Below are positions 26,425 to 39,362 of a stretch of 64,000 nucleotides of DNA, piece after piece. A model generated the notes under the pieces. It was not told where the DNA came from. It ran no database searches and saw only the letters and a list, made by a program, of their open reading frames with translations. The number at the start of each line of letters is the position of its first letter. Within the stretch, counting starts at the first letter, position 1. Source of the DNA: Octopus vulgaris (taxonomy: Eukaryota); assembly GCA_951406725.2 (NCBI GenBank), contig OX597821.1, forward strand, positions 60,326,001-60,390,000, given 5' to 3'. A program made the position numbers and the translations under genes.

Positions 26425-26991
26425 TTGGGTTGTCCAGAAAGTTTGTGCCGATTTTTAAAGGAAAGAAAAAGGTCAATAAATACTTGTTATTACATTTTTA
26501 ATCAACCAAATATGAACCATTTTGCTGCACAATGTGTCTCCATCTTTCCTTTAACCTGAAAATACCCTCTTCCCAGAATTGAGGTGGTTTCATGGCAAAG
26601 AATTCATCAAGGTATCTTTTTACGTCATCTAAGGAATTGAAATTTTTACCATAAAGACTATTCTGCAGAGACCTGAATAAGTGGAGATCCGAAGGAGCAA
26701 TATCTGGTGAATATGGAGTGTGGGGTAACACATCCCAGCCAAGCTGCAGCAATTTTTGTCTGGTTCCCAAAGCATCAAGTGCCAAAAATGAACTTTCTTA
26801 TCTTCCATTTTAAAGGGTTTAGAGAATTAACACAGGTTATAGGAACATAAATCTTCTTCCATGAAAAGATAGCTTAAACTGTGCTCTAAATGGAGGTGTA
26901 GACAAACCCTATTTTATGGGCTCAACCATGTTCTAAAATAAGTCGAAAGGTAAGCTGCTATAAATCGGCACAAACTTTCCGGACAGCCCAA
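26425..26991 (-). mobile_element. Internally deleted mariner element (567 bp)
   Basis: 30-bp TIRs TTGGG[T/C]TGTCC[A/G]GAAAGTTTGTGCCGATTT with 2 mismatches, and TA on both sides. The transposase N-terminus MEDKKVHFWHLMLWE is joined out of frame to the C-terminus LGWDVLPHTPYSPDIAPSDLHLFRSLQ. Confidence 0.95.
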
Positions 26992-28538
26992 TATATTGCA
27001 ACAGAAATATGACAACAAAAGGGTTAAACCTATAATGATTTTTATTTTCATTTATTTTATTGTGATACTATAAAGAGACAGCATGTAACAAAGAATCCAA
27101 AAAAAGAAAATAATTAAGCCTAATTAATTTTAAAATAGTTTTTTTTTGTTGATGTATCCAAGGAGAATTATCATAGATATACAGATAGGCATACATCAAC
27201 TGACATACATTTATAAATCCTCAAATCAAAGCCAGGTCAAAGATCAATATGTCAAAAAGATGAAGTTTATTGTTTATTTTATCAAAGCAGTGTTGACTTA
27301 AGATAACATTCAGAACAACAACAATTAACATGTTATTCATTGAAAGGTATTAAGGTTAATTAATTGGGGCCTATATGAAAAACAATCAGAGTATTAACTA
27401 CAATACATATACATTTATAGGACCAAGATCTAATATTTACTCTCCAACAGGTAATATGAAAGATGGCAATCACAGGAATTTAAAAGAAAAGACAAAACTA
27501 ATATTTGCAATACTAAAACAGAACTGTAAACCCTGTCAACATTTTAATTCTAATCCAGTGGTCCTCATCTGCTGTTGACATAGGATTTTGTTAAAATTTA
27601 TCCCCAATAAATTGGTCATACTTTTACAATACACAAAATATTTAATAATTTTTTATACAATTGATAATTATATTTAGTTATAAAAATACAGTAAGATTGC
27701 TTTTTATATACAGTGAATGGCTATGGAGGTCCAACAGAGTATAATAGAAATCAAAGAGGCCCACAGGCAAGAAATGGTTTGAGAACCACTGATCTAACCA
27801 TTGGTGGCAAATTGGGTGTAATATCTTGCAATATCTGTTGTAGCTCTTGAGTTCAAATCCTGATGATGTCAACTTTGCCTTTCATCTTTTTAGAAGGTTA
27901 GGATAGATGCCTTGTGGTATTTGATCCAGTTCTTTGAGTTTTGCTGAGTTGTGATGACACTGGTGCCAAGCTATATCTCAGACTAAGATGGTGGTCTTTT
28001 CCTTGGATGGTGGTCCAGAGAAGGGAAATTTGCATACTCAGGGAACTGCCAAACATCATCATCAATGTCTGTTTTCCACACTGGCATGGGTTTGACAATT
28101 TGACAGGATCCAGTGAGCCACAGAGCCACATTGTACCCCATTGTCAAGTTTGGTATGGATTCTATGGCTGGATGCCTTTCCTAACACCAACTACTTTCCA
28201 GTGTGTACTGGGTGCTTTTTTTCATGCCAACAGTACTAGAGAGGTTATCAAGTAACTTGCAAGGTAAAAAAAGAACTGTCTCCCATAGCTAAGTGAGGTT
28301 AATATTCAAGAGGGGAAGAGGTGGTTTTTAAGCCAGGTGTTATGGGGAGGGGGCTAATACCTTTTCCAGACCTGCCCCTACATGTACATATGTATGGTTA
28401 ACCAGTAACAGCTAACAAACAGATATTCTAACTTCCTAAATTGATTCTAGTCTTCTCTTCTAAACAAGCACATCATTTAGTGTCCAGTATCCAATGCTGG
28501 AATGGGTTGAATGATTTGACAGGATTCATCAGGTCAAA

Positions 28539-28902
28539 CAGATCTGGCTTCTCACACCTACCTAACAATGTCATTGTAAAACTATACAATGACATCATTG
28601 AAACCTCAAAACTACAAGATAACACACAGTTAATTTAAAGCAATCTAAATGAAAATGCATTACATTTGACAGAGTAATCTGAATGCTAAACAGTTAGATT
28701 ATTACTACTGATTAGCTTTTAAACCCTTAAGCATTCAGATTATTGTCATATGTAATATTTATTAATTACACATAGTTTTGAATTAATCAATGCATTATCT
28801 TGTAGTTTTGAGATTTAAATGATATGATAGTTTATTTTTAGAATAACATTGTAGGGTAGGTATGAGAGGTTAGATCTGGCCAGCTTAAATGTTAAAGGAT
28901 TA
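28539..28902. mobile_element. Two copies of a piggyBac-like MITE in inverted orientation, ~25 nt apart
   Basis: 28539-28696 is the diverged reverse complement of 28721-28880. Confidence 0.75.
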
Positions 28903-30824
28903 AGGCAGTAGATGGCATTACTGGAGAGTTGGTAGACAGACAAAACGCTTTGCACTAGTAATTTTTTCATTAGAAAATAGTAACACTTAACAATTTAATG
29001 GTTGGTCAAGAGGCAAAGTTGGTAGATTCCAAAGTAAAATGTCTACCATTAATTTCATCTTACAAAATTTTTTTGTTCAAATCTCACTGGAGGTTCACCC
29101 AACTTTGGTTTTACTTCCACTAGGTTTAGAAAGAGAAATGCATCATGTTTGTATTGGATAATTGACCATATCTGTGTGATATAGTTGTTTCTTTGTATCA
29201 TCTTGGTTTTTGGAGCCTGGTGCAGCCTTCTGGCTTCCCAGATCCCAGTCGAACTGTCCAACCCATGCTAGCATGGAAAACAGACGTTAAACGATGATGA
29301 TTGCTTGTTTTCTATCACAACTGCTAGACAACATATCTTTCTGAAGCAAGTGTGATAAAGAAGCAACTGTAACTCGATGCAAAGCAAGTATCTCAAGGGT
29401 TTTCCTTGAGATATTTATTTTATTATTAGTGTTTATATCTTTTGTTAATATACATTAATGAATTAATAAAATAAGGCCAGGGGGACAACAAAATAACATA
29501 TGGAAAATGTGCAAAAACACACAGAATGGCCAGTAACTTGTTCAACCACTCAGACATAAACATACATTTATATCTGATGAGCTTCAGTACAGTTTCTGTC
29601 AATCAAATTCAACTCATAAGGTATTGCTCAACAAGAGGCTGTGTTAGAAGACATGTCCAAAGTGCTACACAACAGGATTTCACAAAGAATCATGCAGTTG
29701 TGAAGTTAACTTCTTAATTACACAGCCATGCCTATGTCCATTTAGCTGCTGTGTTGCATGAGGACCATATATAATGAATTCTTAAGAGACACAAGCCATA
29801 AAATTTATAGAAATTAAAATGAGATTGTGTAGTATGCTTAGCTTTTTTTTTTCAAGAGTATTAGTCACAAAATGACAAATGACTGAGAGCAGTGACCTCA
29901 GCTCCTTGAGAAATTACCTACATACTATGACTCTTGTTATATACAATAAATAATATTTAATGAAACAGTTGTGACAATTAATTGTTCAGATGTTACACTT
30001 GTCTGTTGACTTATCCTAGATAAAGAAAAAACAAAATCTATACATTATAGATTCACTACAGAATGTATTAACTTCCCTTTTCACTTAAGAGATTTTAGGA
30101 AGCAATTTAGAAAGAAACCATTGAATCTATACAATGGTTATTTCTTTCTAAGCATGGATCAAAGGTCACAAAAAGATTAAAATTATATTTAAGGGAACTG
30201 TAGACAAGGCTTATTACATGGCTCCAATAAAGATTAAAAGTAGCAGGAGAAAAAAAGGAGAAAATTTTTTTTAAATATTCCAAGGAATTTTATATATTAA
30301 CTGAATAAACTTAACTTCCTTTTACTGCGGATTTTCACTTTTGACTGCCAAAGAATGTACATTTATCATCATCATAGTTTTTATGTCCAGTTTTCCTTGC
30401 ATGATTCAGACAGAATTTGTTGAGGTAGGTTTTCAATGGTCAGACGACCTTCTTTTTGCTAAATCCTCACCTGTTTCGAAGCAAGGGAATATTTCTCCTT
30501 GGCCAAACATGCTTTCATGGAAGATTAGAAACAAAGGACATTGTTTGCATTACTCATAACACATGCACACACACAACTGATTTCTTTTGATTTCTCTCTA
30601 CCAAATCCACTCACAAAGCTTTGGATGGTACAATGCTACAGTAGAAGGCACTTGCCCAAAGTGCCATGCAATGGAGCTGAACCCAAAACAATGTGATTGG
30701 GAAGAAAATTTCTTACCACACAGGCATACTAATGCCTATCATAGTCATGCCTGCACCTATTGTACACACATGTATATTTGTGTGAGTGAGTATATTTAAA
30801 ACGTGTATGTATATATAATTCCTT

Positions 30825-31215
30825 TAATTGTTTCAGTCATTTGACTGCGGCCATGCTGGAGCATCGCCTTTAGTCGAGCAAATCGACCCCAGGACTTATT
30901 CTTTGTAAGCCTACTACTTATTCTATTGGACTCTTTTGCTGAACTGCTAAGTTACGGAGACGTAAACACACCAGCATTGGTTGTCAAGCGATGTTGGGGG
31001 GGGGGGGGGGGGCACGACGACGACAAACACACACACACATATATATATATATATACACACATACATATATACAACGGGCTTCTTTCAGTTTCCGTCTACC
31101 AAATCCACTCATAACGCATTGGTCAGTCTGAGGCTATAGTAGAAGGTGCCATGCAGTGGGACTCAACCCGGAACCATGTGGTTGGTAAGCAAATTACTTA
31201 CCATACAGCCACTCC
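30825..31215 (-). mobile_element. SINE family A
   Basis: Full-length match with a small deletion in the head. Confidence 0.88.
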
Positions 31216-31357
31216 TATATATATATATTATAGTTATCTATGTATCATGTGATGTAAATACATTGTTGAAATGCAAATTTACTGCAAGACTCATCAAGAT
31301 CGAAATGCATCTGGCATTCTCATTAGCCACTGCTAGGATGACTCCTGGCTTCCTGCA

Positions 31358-31931
31358 ATCATCATCGTCGTTTAACGTCCGTTCTCCATGCTAGCATGGG
31401 TTGGATGGTTCGACCGGGGTTCTGGGAAGCCAGAAGGCTGCACCAGGCTCCAGTCTAATCTGGCAATGTTTCTACAGCTGGATGCCCTTCCTAACGCCAA
31501 CCACTCCGTGAGTGTAGTGGGTGCTTTTTACGTGCCACCTGCACAGGTGCCAGGCGGGGCTGGCAACGGCCACTGTCAGATTGGTGTATTTTATGTGCCA
31601 CCGGCACGGAAGCCAGTCGAGGCGGTGCTGGCATCGGCCACGAGTCGGATAGTGCTTTTTACATACCACCAGACCAGGGATCCTGGCTGGTTCAATTCGA
31701 TTTCGCTTGCCCCAACATGTCTTCACAAGCAAAGGGGGTTGGCAAGGGTGCCTGTCATACGGTCGCATTAGAGTATTTTACGTGCCACGGCCACGAGTCG
31801 GATAGTGCTTTTTACGTACCACCAGACCAGGGATTCTGGCTGGTTCAATTCGATTTCGATTTCGCTTGCCCCAACATGTCTTCACAAGCAAAGGGGGTTG
31901 GCATGGGTGCCTGTCGTACGGTTGCATTGGA
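31358..31931 (-). mobile_element. SINE family B with a ~140-bp internal tandem duplication
   Basis: 31636-31772 and 31788-31931 are near-identical. Confidence 0.85.
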
Positions 31932-33613
31932 AGTGTTTTAAAGCATGGTACATCCATAAGAGGTGCTATCTCTGAATGAATACCACAGTAAGCTATATAG
32001 ATATAAATATTGTGTGGTTTTGAGTTCATTCTACATTAACATCAGTAAAAATTGTTAATTTATTAAACTAACATTGTTGAAAATAAAACATTCTAACACT
32101 TCATTTTCAGGGTTCATGAAAGAGAAAATATTTTGTCAAAGTAGGCAGTTTCCAGCCTAAAAGTGAAAGTATTTTTCTACAAAATGAAACTATCAAAGAA
32201 TCAAAATACAATAATATAGCCAGCTGTAGACTGTTGGTCAGATACTATAAAGCATGTGTGATGTCATTATTGAAGTTGGATTCATTAAATATTTTAAATA
32301 AATTTCTAATTAACATCATCATTTAATGTCCATTGTCCATGTTGGCATGGGTTGGACGGTTTGATCAGGGCTGGTAAGCTGAGGAGCTGCACCAGACTGC
32401 AATCTGATTTGGCATGGTTTCTACATCTGGATGCCCTTCCTAACGCCACCCACTTCGAAAGTGCAGTGGGTGCTTTTATGTGCCATTGGCATGGGAGCCA
32501 GTTGCATGACTACAATTTCACTTGGCTTGATGGGTCTTCTCAAGCATATTGCCAAAGGTCTCGGTCATTTGTCATTGCCTCTGTGAGGCCCAGTGGTTTT
32601 ACATTTTGGCACAAGCCCAGTAAATTTAGTGGGAGTGGATAAATCAATTGCATTGATCCCAGTGTTCAACTGGTACTTATTTGACCAACCTTGAAAGGAT
32701 GAAAGGGGAAAAAAATCAACCTCAGTAACATCTGAACTCAGAACACAAGGCTAAAAAGAAATGCCACTAAGCATTGCCTTTAGATTCCTAATTAACAAGA
32801 GCAAAACACAATTGTTAACTACTTAGGCGTTTCAAATGTTAATCGCAGATCAAAGAGATGGATACATATATGGAGATGTACCAATCCTAAGCAAAATTAC
32901 CTTTTGTTCAAGTCATCAAGCTCATATATCATTGGGCATGTGACATGACATTAAAGCAACAGCCCATAAATGCACTTTCATTTTTGACCTACAAATGTCT
33001 TCTTCTGACAAGGTAAATACTTACACTTGCATGGGGCTCTGGAAATGAAGTAACACCAAGGTGTCTTATTCAAATAATAGAAAAATAGTCAATAAACAAA
33101 AATGTGATTACCTATTTCAAAGTTTATATAAGGAAAAAACAAAACATAAAAGTATTTATATCTATCCATCGAGCTATAATTATGTCTAATCAAAGTGTTC
33201 TGGGTAGATTTCATAGACAGAAACTGAAAGAAGCTCACTGTGTGAGTGTCCTCATCTTGATATCACATGGTAGTTGTAAACGAGTGCCACCGTCATACAA
33301 ACAGTGTCGTTCATTTCCAAGATTCCAATGAAACCTGTTCTATCATGAGGAGATCTTACTTTGCATGGGAACAAGTGAAGGCTGACAACAGGAAGGACAT
33401 CCAGTCACGGAAAATATACCTCAATGGATTCTGTCTGACCCATGCAAGCATGGAAAAGTGGACATTAAAACAATGATGACAGTGATGCCTGTATATAACT
33501 TACAAGCACATTTTAAACTTTGTAACTAAAAAATAATGAAACTGTGATTATGATGTTATGAAACACAGTTTAGATCTTTCTTGTAATATTATATTTTCAA
33601 AACATACAATAAT

Positions 33614-33986
33614 GGCATAGGAGTGGCTGTGTGGTAAGTAGTTTGCTTCTAAACCACACAGTTCCGGGTTCAGTCCCACTGTGTGGCACCTTGGGCAAGT
33701 GTCTTCTAATATAGCCTTGGGCTGACCAAAACCTTGTGAGTGGATTTGGTAGACGGAAACTGAAAGAAGCCTGTTGTATATATGTATGTGTGTCTGTGCT
33801 TGTCCCCCCAACATCACTTGACACCGATGGTGGTGTGTTTACGTCCCTGTAACTTAGCGGTTCGGCAAAACAGACCGATAGAATAAGTACTAGGCTTACA
33901 AAGAATAAGTCCTGGGGTTGGTTTGTTCGACTAAAGGCAGTGCTCCAGCATGGCTACAGTTAAATGACTGAAACAAGTAAAAGAGT
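33614..33986 (+). mobile_element. SINE family A, full-length
   Basis: GGAGTGGCTGTGTGG (A box), GGTTCAGTCC (B box), tail GAAACAAGTAAAAGAG. Confidence 0.9.
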
Positions 33987-34639
33987 AATGATTTCTTATA
34001 CTAATCAATTGAATCAACTGGTATTTATTATTTGTCAGCCCTAAACAGATGAAAGGTAAAGGTGACCCAAGCAGGACTTTAGTTTAGAACGTAGAGGGAT
34101 GAAATAAACTATTAACAGCCTTTTCAAAATTTTCTAAGTCAAAAGTGAAATCTTGGAATGATTCCGTTAAAAAGAGGTTAGAGTTTTCTCCCTTACGTTA
34201 GAGAATTTTTTCACTTCCTTCAAAATTAATGCAAAGAAGGTTGGTACAATTCTTGCGATATCATGCATTTTAAAACTGAATGAATGATGACAGTCCTGTA
34301 TGATATTGTAGGCCATACAGAAAATTAAGAGTAAATACTGTTATGCGGTTAATATTTCCCATTTTTTCTGCCATGTCACTGCCCCTCATATTCTTTGGAG
34401 GGTGAGTGTGAAAGGAAAAAGATTAAGAAATATCAATTATCACATACACACACACACATTCAAAAATTTATTTTGGTTTTGTAAGAAATTGCTCTCATCT
34501 TCATAAGGTTCATATCTATTTTACTAAAAGGATTTTGTTTGACAGGGCCCCTTTTTTCTGCCAACCAGTCCCAGAATGGATTCTTGTTTTAGTAGAAATA
34601 CTTTAAATATATTTTTTTGTATCTATTATTAAAAACAAC

Positions 34640-35040
34640 GGTGAGGTGACAAGCTGGCAGAATCGTTAACACGTTGAACCAAATGCTTAATGGTATTTCG
34701 GCTGCCGTTACGTTGTGAGTTCAAATTCCGCCGAGGTCGACTTTGCCTTTCATCCTTTCGGGGTCGATAAAACTAAGTACCAGTTACGCACTGGGGTCGA
34801 TGTAATCGACTTAATACCTATGTCTGTCCATGTTTGTCTCCTCTATGTTTAGCCCCTTGTGGGTAATAAAGAAATAGGTATTTCGTCTGGCTCTTTATGT
34901 TCTATCGAGGTCAACTTGGCCTTTCGTCCTTTCAGGATTAATAAAATAAATACCAGTCAGATATAGGGGTCAATATAATCAACATGGTTTCCTTCTCCCT
35001 CTCAAAATCGTTAGCCTTGTGCCAAAATTAAAAAGAATTA
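34640..35040 (+). mobile_element. SINE family C (core GCCTTTCATCCTTTCGGGGTCGATAAA...AAGTACCAG), nested or tandem pair
   Basis: The same core recurs at ~4400-4560, 26290-26410, 32600-32780, 49470-49950, 53950-54130 and 60205-60430. B-box-like GAGTTCAAATTCC is present. Confidence 0.8.
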
Positions 35041-38000
35041 TTAAAGACAACTGTGTTTAAAAATAGATTGCCTCTTCTGGAGAGGAAATGGGAAAGATCA
35101 AATGAAGATAATGTATTTAATTTAATGTTACAACAGTGTGATTAATCAATTAATGTTTACCTTCAATTAGCTATGCTAGAGTGGTGTGTCAGATGTTGCT
35201 AATATGAACATTAGCATAATGCTGGGGAATACGATTTCATAGCTGGATGCTCTTTCTACACCATGAAGCAAATAAATGAGACAAGCAGAGTCAGGAATCT
35301 TGCTTCGTGAGTGAACAAGAGACTAACTGTTATAAAACTTGAACTTATTGCTAGGAGTACCTCACAATCACTATGCAACTCACCACCAATAGCATTTTTC
35401 AATAGAGGCTTACAAAGAGTAAGTCCTGGGGTCGATTTGTTCGACTAAAGGTGGTGCTCCAGCATGGCCGCAGCCAAATGACTGAATCAAGTAAAAGAGA
35501 TGTTTAAAGAGTTACAATGTTATCAAACAGGAGAGAAGATAGCTAGCAGATGATGAAAAGGAAAGACAGTTCTAACGAGATAATAAACCAGAGAGAAAGT
35601 TTGATTTGATAAGACAAAGGTTAAAGAGGGTGCTGTCAACATAAACAGAAATGGATTAGTTGTTAATCCAAGTCACCAATTCATGATAAGCAGAGAATTT
35701 ACTCAGAATTTTTTTTTATTGCACTGGGAGCATTCAGGTATTTGGGTTTAACATCAGGTGAACCCTAATTAATCAGACCTATAATTAAAAGCTTTCCAAC
35801 CAAGACTATCAAACCTTTAGAAGGATATCTAAGACTACATGATTTAATGCAGGCAAGGGCAACCTTTTTCAAGAAGCAGACTAAGACATGCCTCCTCATC
35901 TGATGGGCCACACTAGTAAAAAAATTCAAAGTGATTTTTTTCTTAGGTATTCCATTTAGAAAGTCTTGTGGATCACAGGTTGCCCATAACTGATCCAATG
36001 TGTCCTTTATATAAGATGGCAGATATGATTTGAAGAAAAGTTGACTGCTGTTTCTTGAAGGTCAAGTAACTAACTACACAGAGGCTTTCTTGTTAAGTTC
36101 TCAATAAGTTTTCAGAAATTCTACACATTTTATATAAAATTGAATTTATTGTATTATACTGCTGAACACATTCACAGTACACCAGTGAAATCTTAATCAT
36201 GCTTTAATAAAAAAAGATCACTGACTTTTTTTTTTAAAAACATATGCTAAGATAGAATATGGTCATAGATAACTTTCTTTGTTGAATAAAAAAGCAATTC
36301 ACATTCACAATGATGATTTTAATCTACTAACATTATATTTTGCTGTCCTTGCTAATTTCTTTTTCAATCATCAAATCTTTTCCTCTTATAGCAATTTTTC
36401 TTTCATGACAACTTATTTTGTACAATCTTACTCTTCTTATATTCGACTATTTTATTTAAAAAACAAAAAGATCAATACCAGTTATGGGCAATCTGTGAAC
36501 CAGAAGGCTTTGTAAGTGAAAATTTTTATCATTTTCCAGCTGCACCTGATAACCTCTATCCTCTCTTCTAAAATGAAATAGCCAAGAACCTACCCTACAG
36601 TATCAAGCTTCTTCTACTCTGACCCTTTTCTCTCGTACTTTATTCCTCTCTACACCTCATCTCTTAAGTATAAAGTTGTTTCCCTTGGGAAGTTTTGCAA
36701 ACTTCATGGGGTGTTTGTAGCAAGCAAAAAGCACCTAGTACACATTGTAAGGTGGTTGACATTAGGAAGGGCATTTAATCATAGAAACCATGCCAAGCCT
36801 GACACTGGAGCATAATGTAGTCCTTGGGCCCATCAGAGCCTGTCGAACCGTCGACCACATGCTGACATGAAACATTGATGGTAACTGATGACAATGAGAA
36901 AAAAATGCCTGGTCCAGGATTGAACCCAGAACCAAGCATGTTAAGCACCCACTCAGTGTGCAGATAAGTTACTGTATTTCAGATTGAATATGATATGCAG
37001 GAGGGCACGTGATACTGCGTTGAAATGAGAACAATAAGATTCACAAGAAGCAAATCGATATCTATTTTATGGATATAAATATTTAATATTAGTATAAAAG
37101 ACAAACTATGAAAGTATTTCTTTAAAAAAATGTGAGCCAACCGTAGTACTAATGAACTTTGTACTTAACAGAGATAACTAATACACTGTGATCAGTTCAG
37201 AACAAATATGGGAGCAATATGTCTAATCTTAGTCTACAAATTGACTGTTTAAATATTTCTTTTTATATTTTAAATACTTATCAGTTATTAAAAAAAAATC
37301 TATGAACAGTTACAAAATGTGAATGCTTTTGTTGTTGAAATAATGGAACTTATAAACTGAGGTAAAATATGGTGATGTGTAATAAATAGCATTGTCTAAT
37401 ATTTTTACCACATTGGATAGAACCTTGATCAAGAGTGGCTATCTCTGTAAAGAGTGATGAGTTGGCAGTTGCAATCAAAGGTCATACAATCTTTTCACAA
37501 ACACGCTAGTTGTTTCATAGCTTAGTGACAGCTAAGTCAGCTGTTAAAATTCACATTCAAAAGAAAGCAGTCATAGAAAACCCGTCTGATTCTCACAAAG
37601 TTAACAAAGAAAAGTTAGATCAAAAGCAGCAAAATACACAGATTTTCTCAACAGAGAAAGCTTACAAACTTATGGAAATAAATGCCTGAAAAATGGTTAA
37701 AGTAATCCTGGCAGATTGGAATAATGCCAAACTGAAAGGGGTGAGTATGTAATGCCTAAGAACAAGAACACTCCACACTACTACTTCTAATGCACAGATC
37801 CATACTTAAAATTTCACCCCTTGCAATGTGCTCTATTTCCATTAATCTCTCCAGGAAGATTCATATTTTTGACTTTATTTTTAACAAACTTTGAGAGACA
37901 AGAAATATTTTATACTAGAGAAGCGAACTCTCTACCTGAACTGCAGATAGCTTCAACTCCTTTGATTTTTGACACCCTGTGCTGCATTTAATCCCCGTCT

Positions 38001-38854
38001 ACTACTAAAATATACTGCCTCAACGTTTCGGTTACTGAATTTGATAGCATAAGAGATGCACCCCAATTTCGGTAGCGCATATTCAGGAAAAGAAAATTGC
38101 ATTAAAGCATATAATATAGGCCAAACTTTGAATATAGGACCCAGGATGATTTTTTTGAGACATAAAAAAAAAAAAAAAATGTGTTGTATGTGTCATTAAA
38201 TGCGGCAATCAAGAATGTGGAGGGATTTAATAAATTAACAGACTTACTTATCATTTGGAACTTAAAAAGGTCCATAAATAAAATTATGATTGAAGGTTTT
38301 AATTCAAATATAAACATTTAGACGGGCAGTAGTTTAATATCATGAAACTTGATGCAACCTCAGGTGGAATGGTATAAAAACGGTGAAAGAATTATTCGTT
38401 CACTTGATCAATAACTCATTAAAAAAAAAAACTTTCACTCACTACCGCATCCACCTTCTACCCACCCTTCCTGTCCTTCTATCCACCCTTCTACAGCCAT
38501 TATGTGTCCCACTTCTTAGAACTTTTCATTGGATCCTACTATTAATCACTTTCATTCATTTCTCCTGAATTTTGGCATTTTTTTAGCATCTTTCCCTCAT
38601 ACTAACACTATACGCTGCCCTTCATTCCGAAGACAGCTGGTGCCTGGAAATTTTCCCCTCAGTTATGTTTCTATAAATAACTTTCAACATCTCAATGTAA
38701 CAGAACAGGTATAACTCTTACGTTTCACACTTCCTTCTGACACGAATGAAAATCCCATATTTATGGGAAAACATTTCTTTCACAAACATTATAGAATCTC
38801 CTGTTGTGTCTGGAGAGAAATAATAGAATCTTATTTTCATCAAATTTTTCTCTA

Positions 38855-38856
<2 letters not shown>

Positions 38857-38910
<54 letters not shown>
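38857..38910. repeat. (TA)n microsatellite
   Basis: Direct reading; similar tracts occur at 39305-39358, 43167-43202, 56238-56270, 56719-56765 and 58438-58490. Confidence 0.95.
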
Positions 38911-38915
<5 letters not shown>

Positions 38916-39093
38916 ACTAAACAGCCCCACCCCAAAAAAACCCTCAGCTGGTCTGACATACTGAAATCCTCATAAAATACATAGATATAAATTGTTTTTA
39001 TATCAAGTTATACGGAAGAAAATCACGTTAAACTGAAGTATTACTCAATACGTTTTAGTGTATATTTATTAATCTTCTAAAAAGAAACAGTTA

Positions 39094-39138
39094 ACAGTGA
39101 CTTCGAAGTTTCTGCTTGCTCACTTTCGTCGTGAATGT
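39094..39138 (-). ncRNA. Degenerate minimal type-I hammerhead ribozyme motif
   Basis: The minus strand reads ACATT-CACGACGA-AAGTGAGCAAGCA-GAAA-CTTCGAAG-TC-ACTGT. The 3' half is intact and the CUGANGA box is mutated. Confidence 0.5.
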
Positions 39139-39290
39139 AGAAGTTTATATACATTATATAATATATAAACATTATATACATCCATTAAATAGAATCTACA
39201 CATTACTATATCTACAATATGTGTTCTTACATATGGTAATTACAATAAACTTGGCAATCAAAGTAACTCAATAAAACCTTACGGTATATT

Positions 39291-39362
<72 letters not shown>

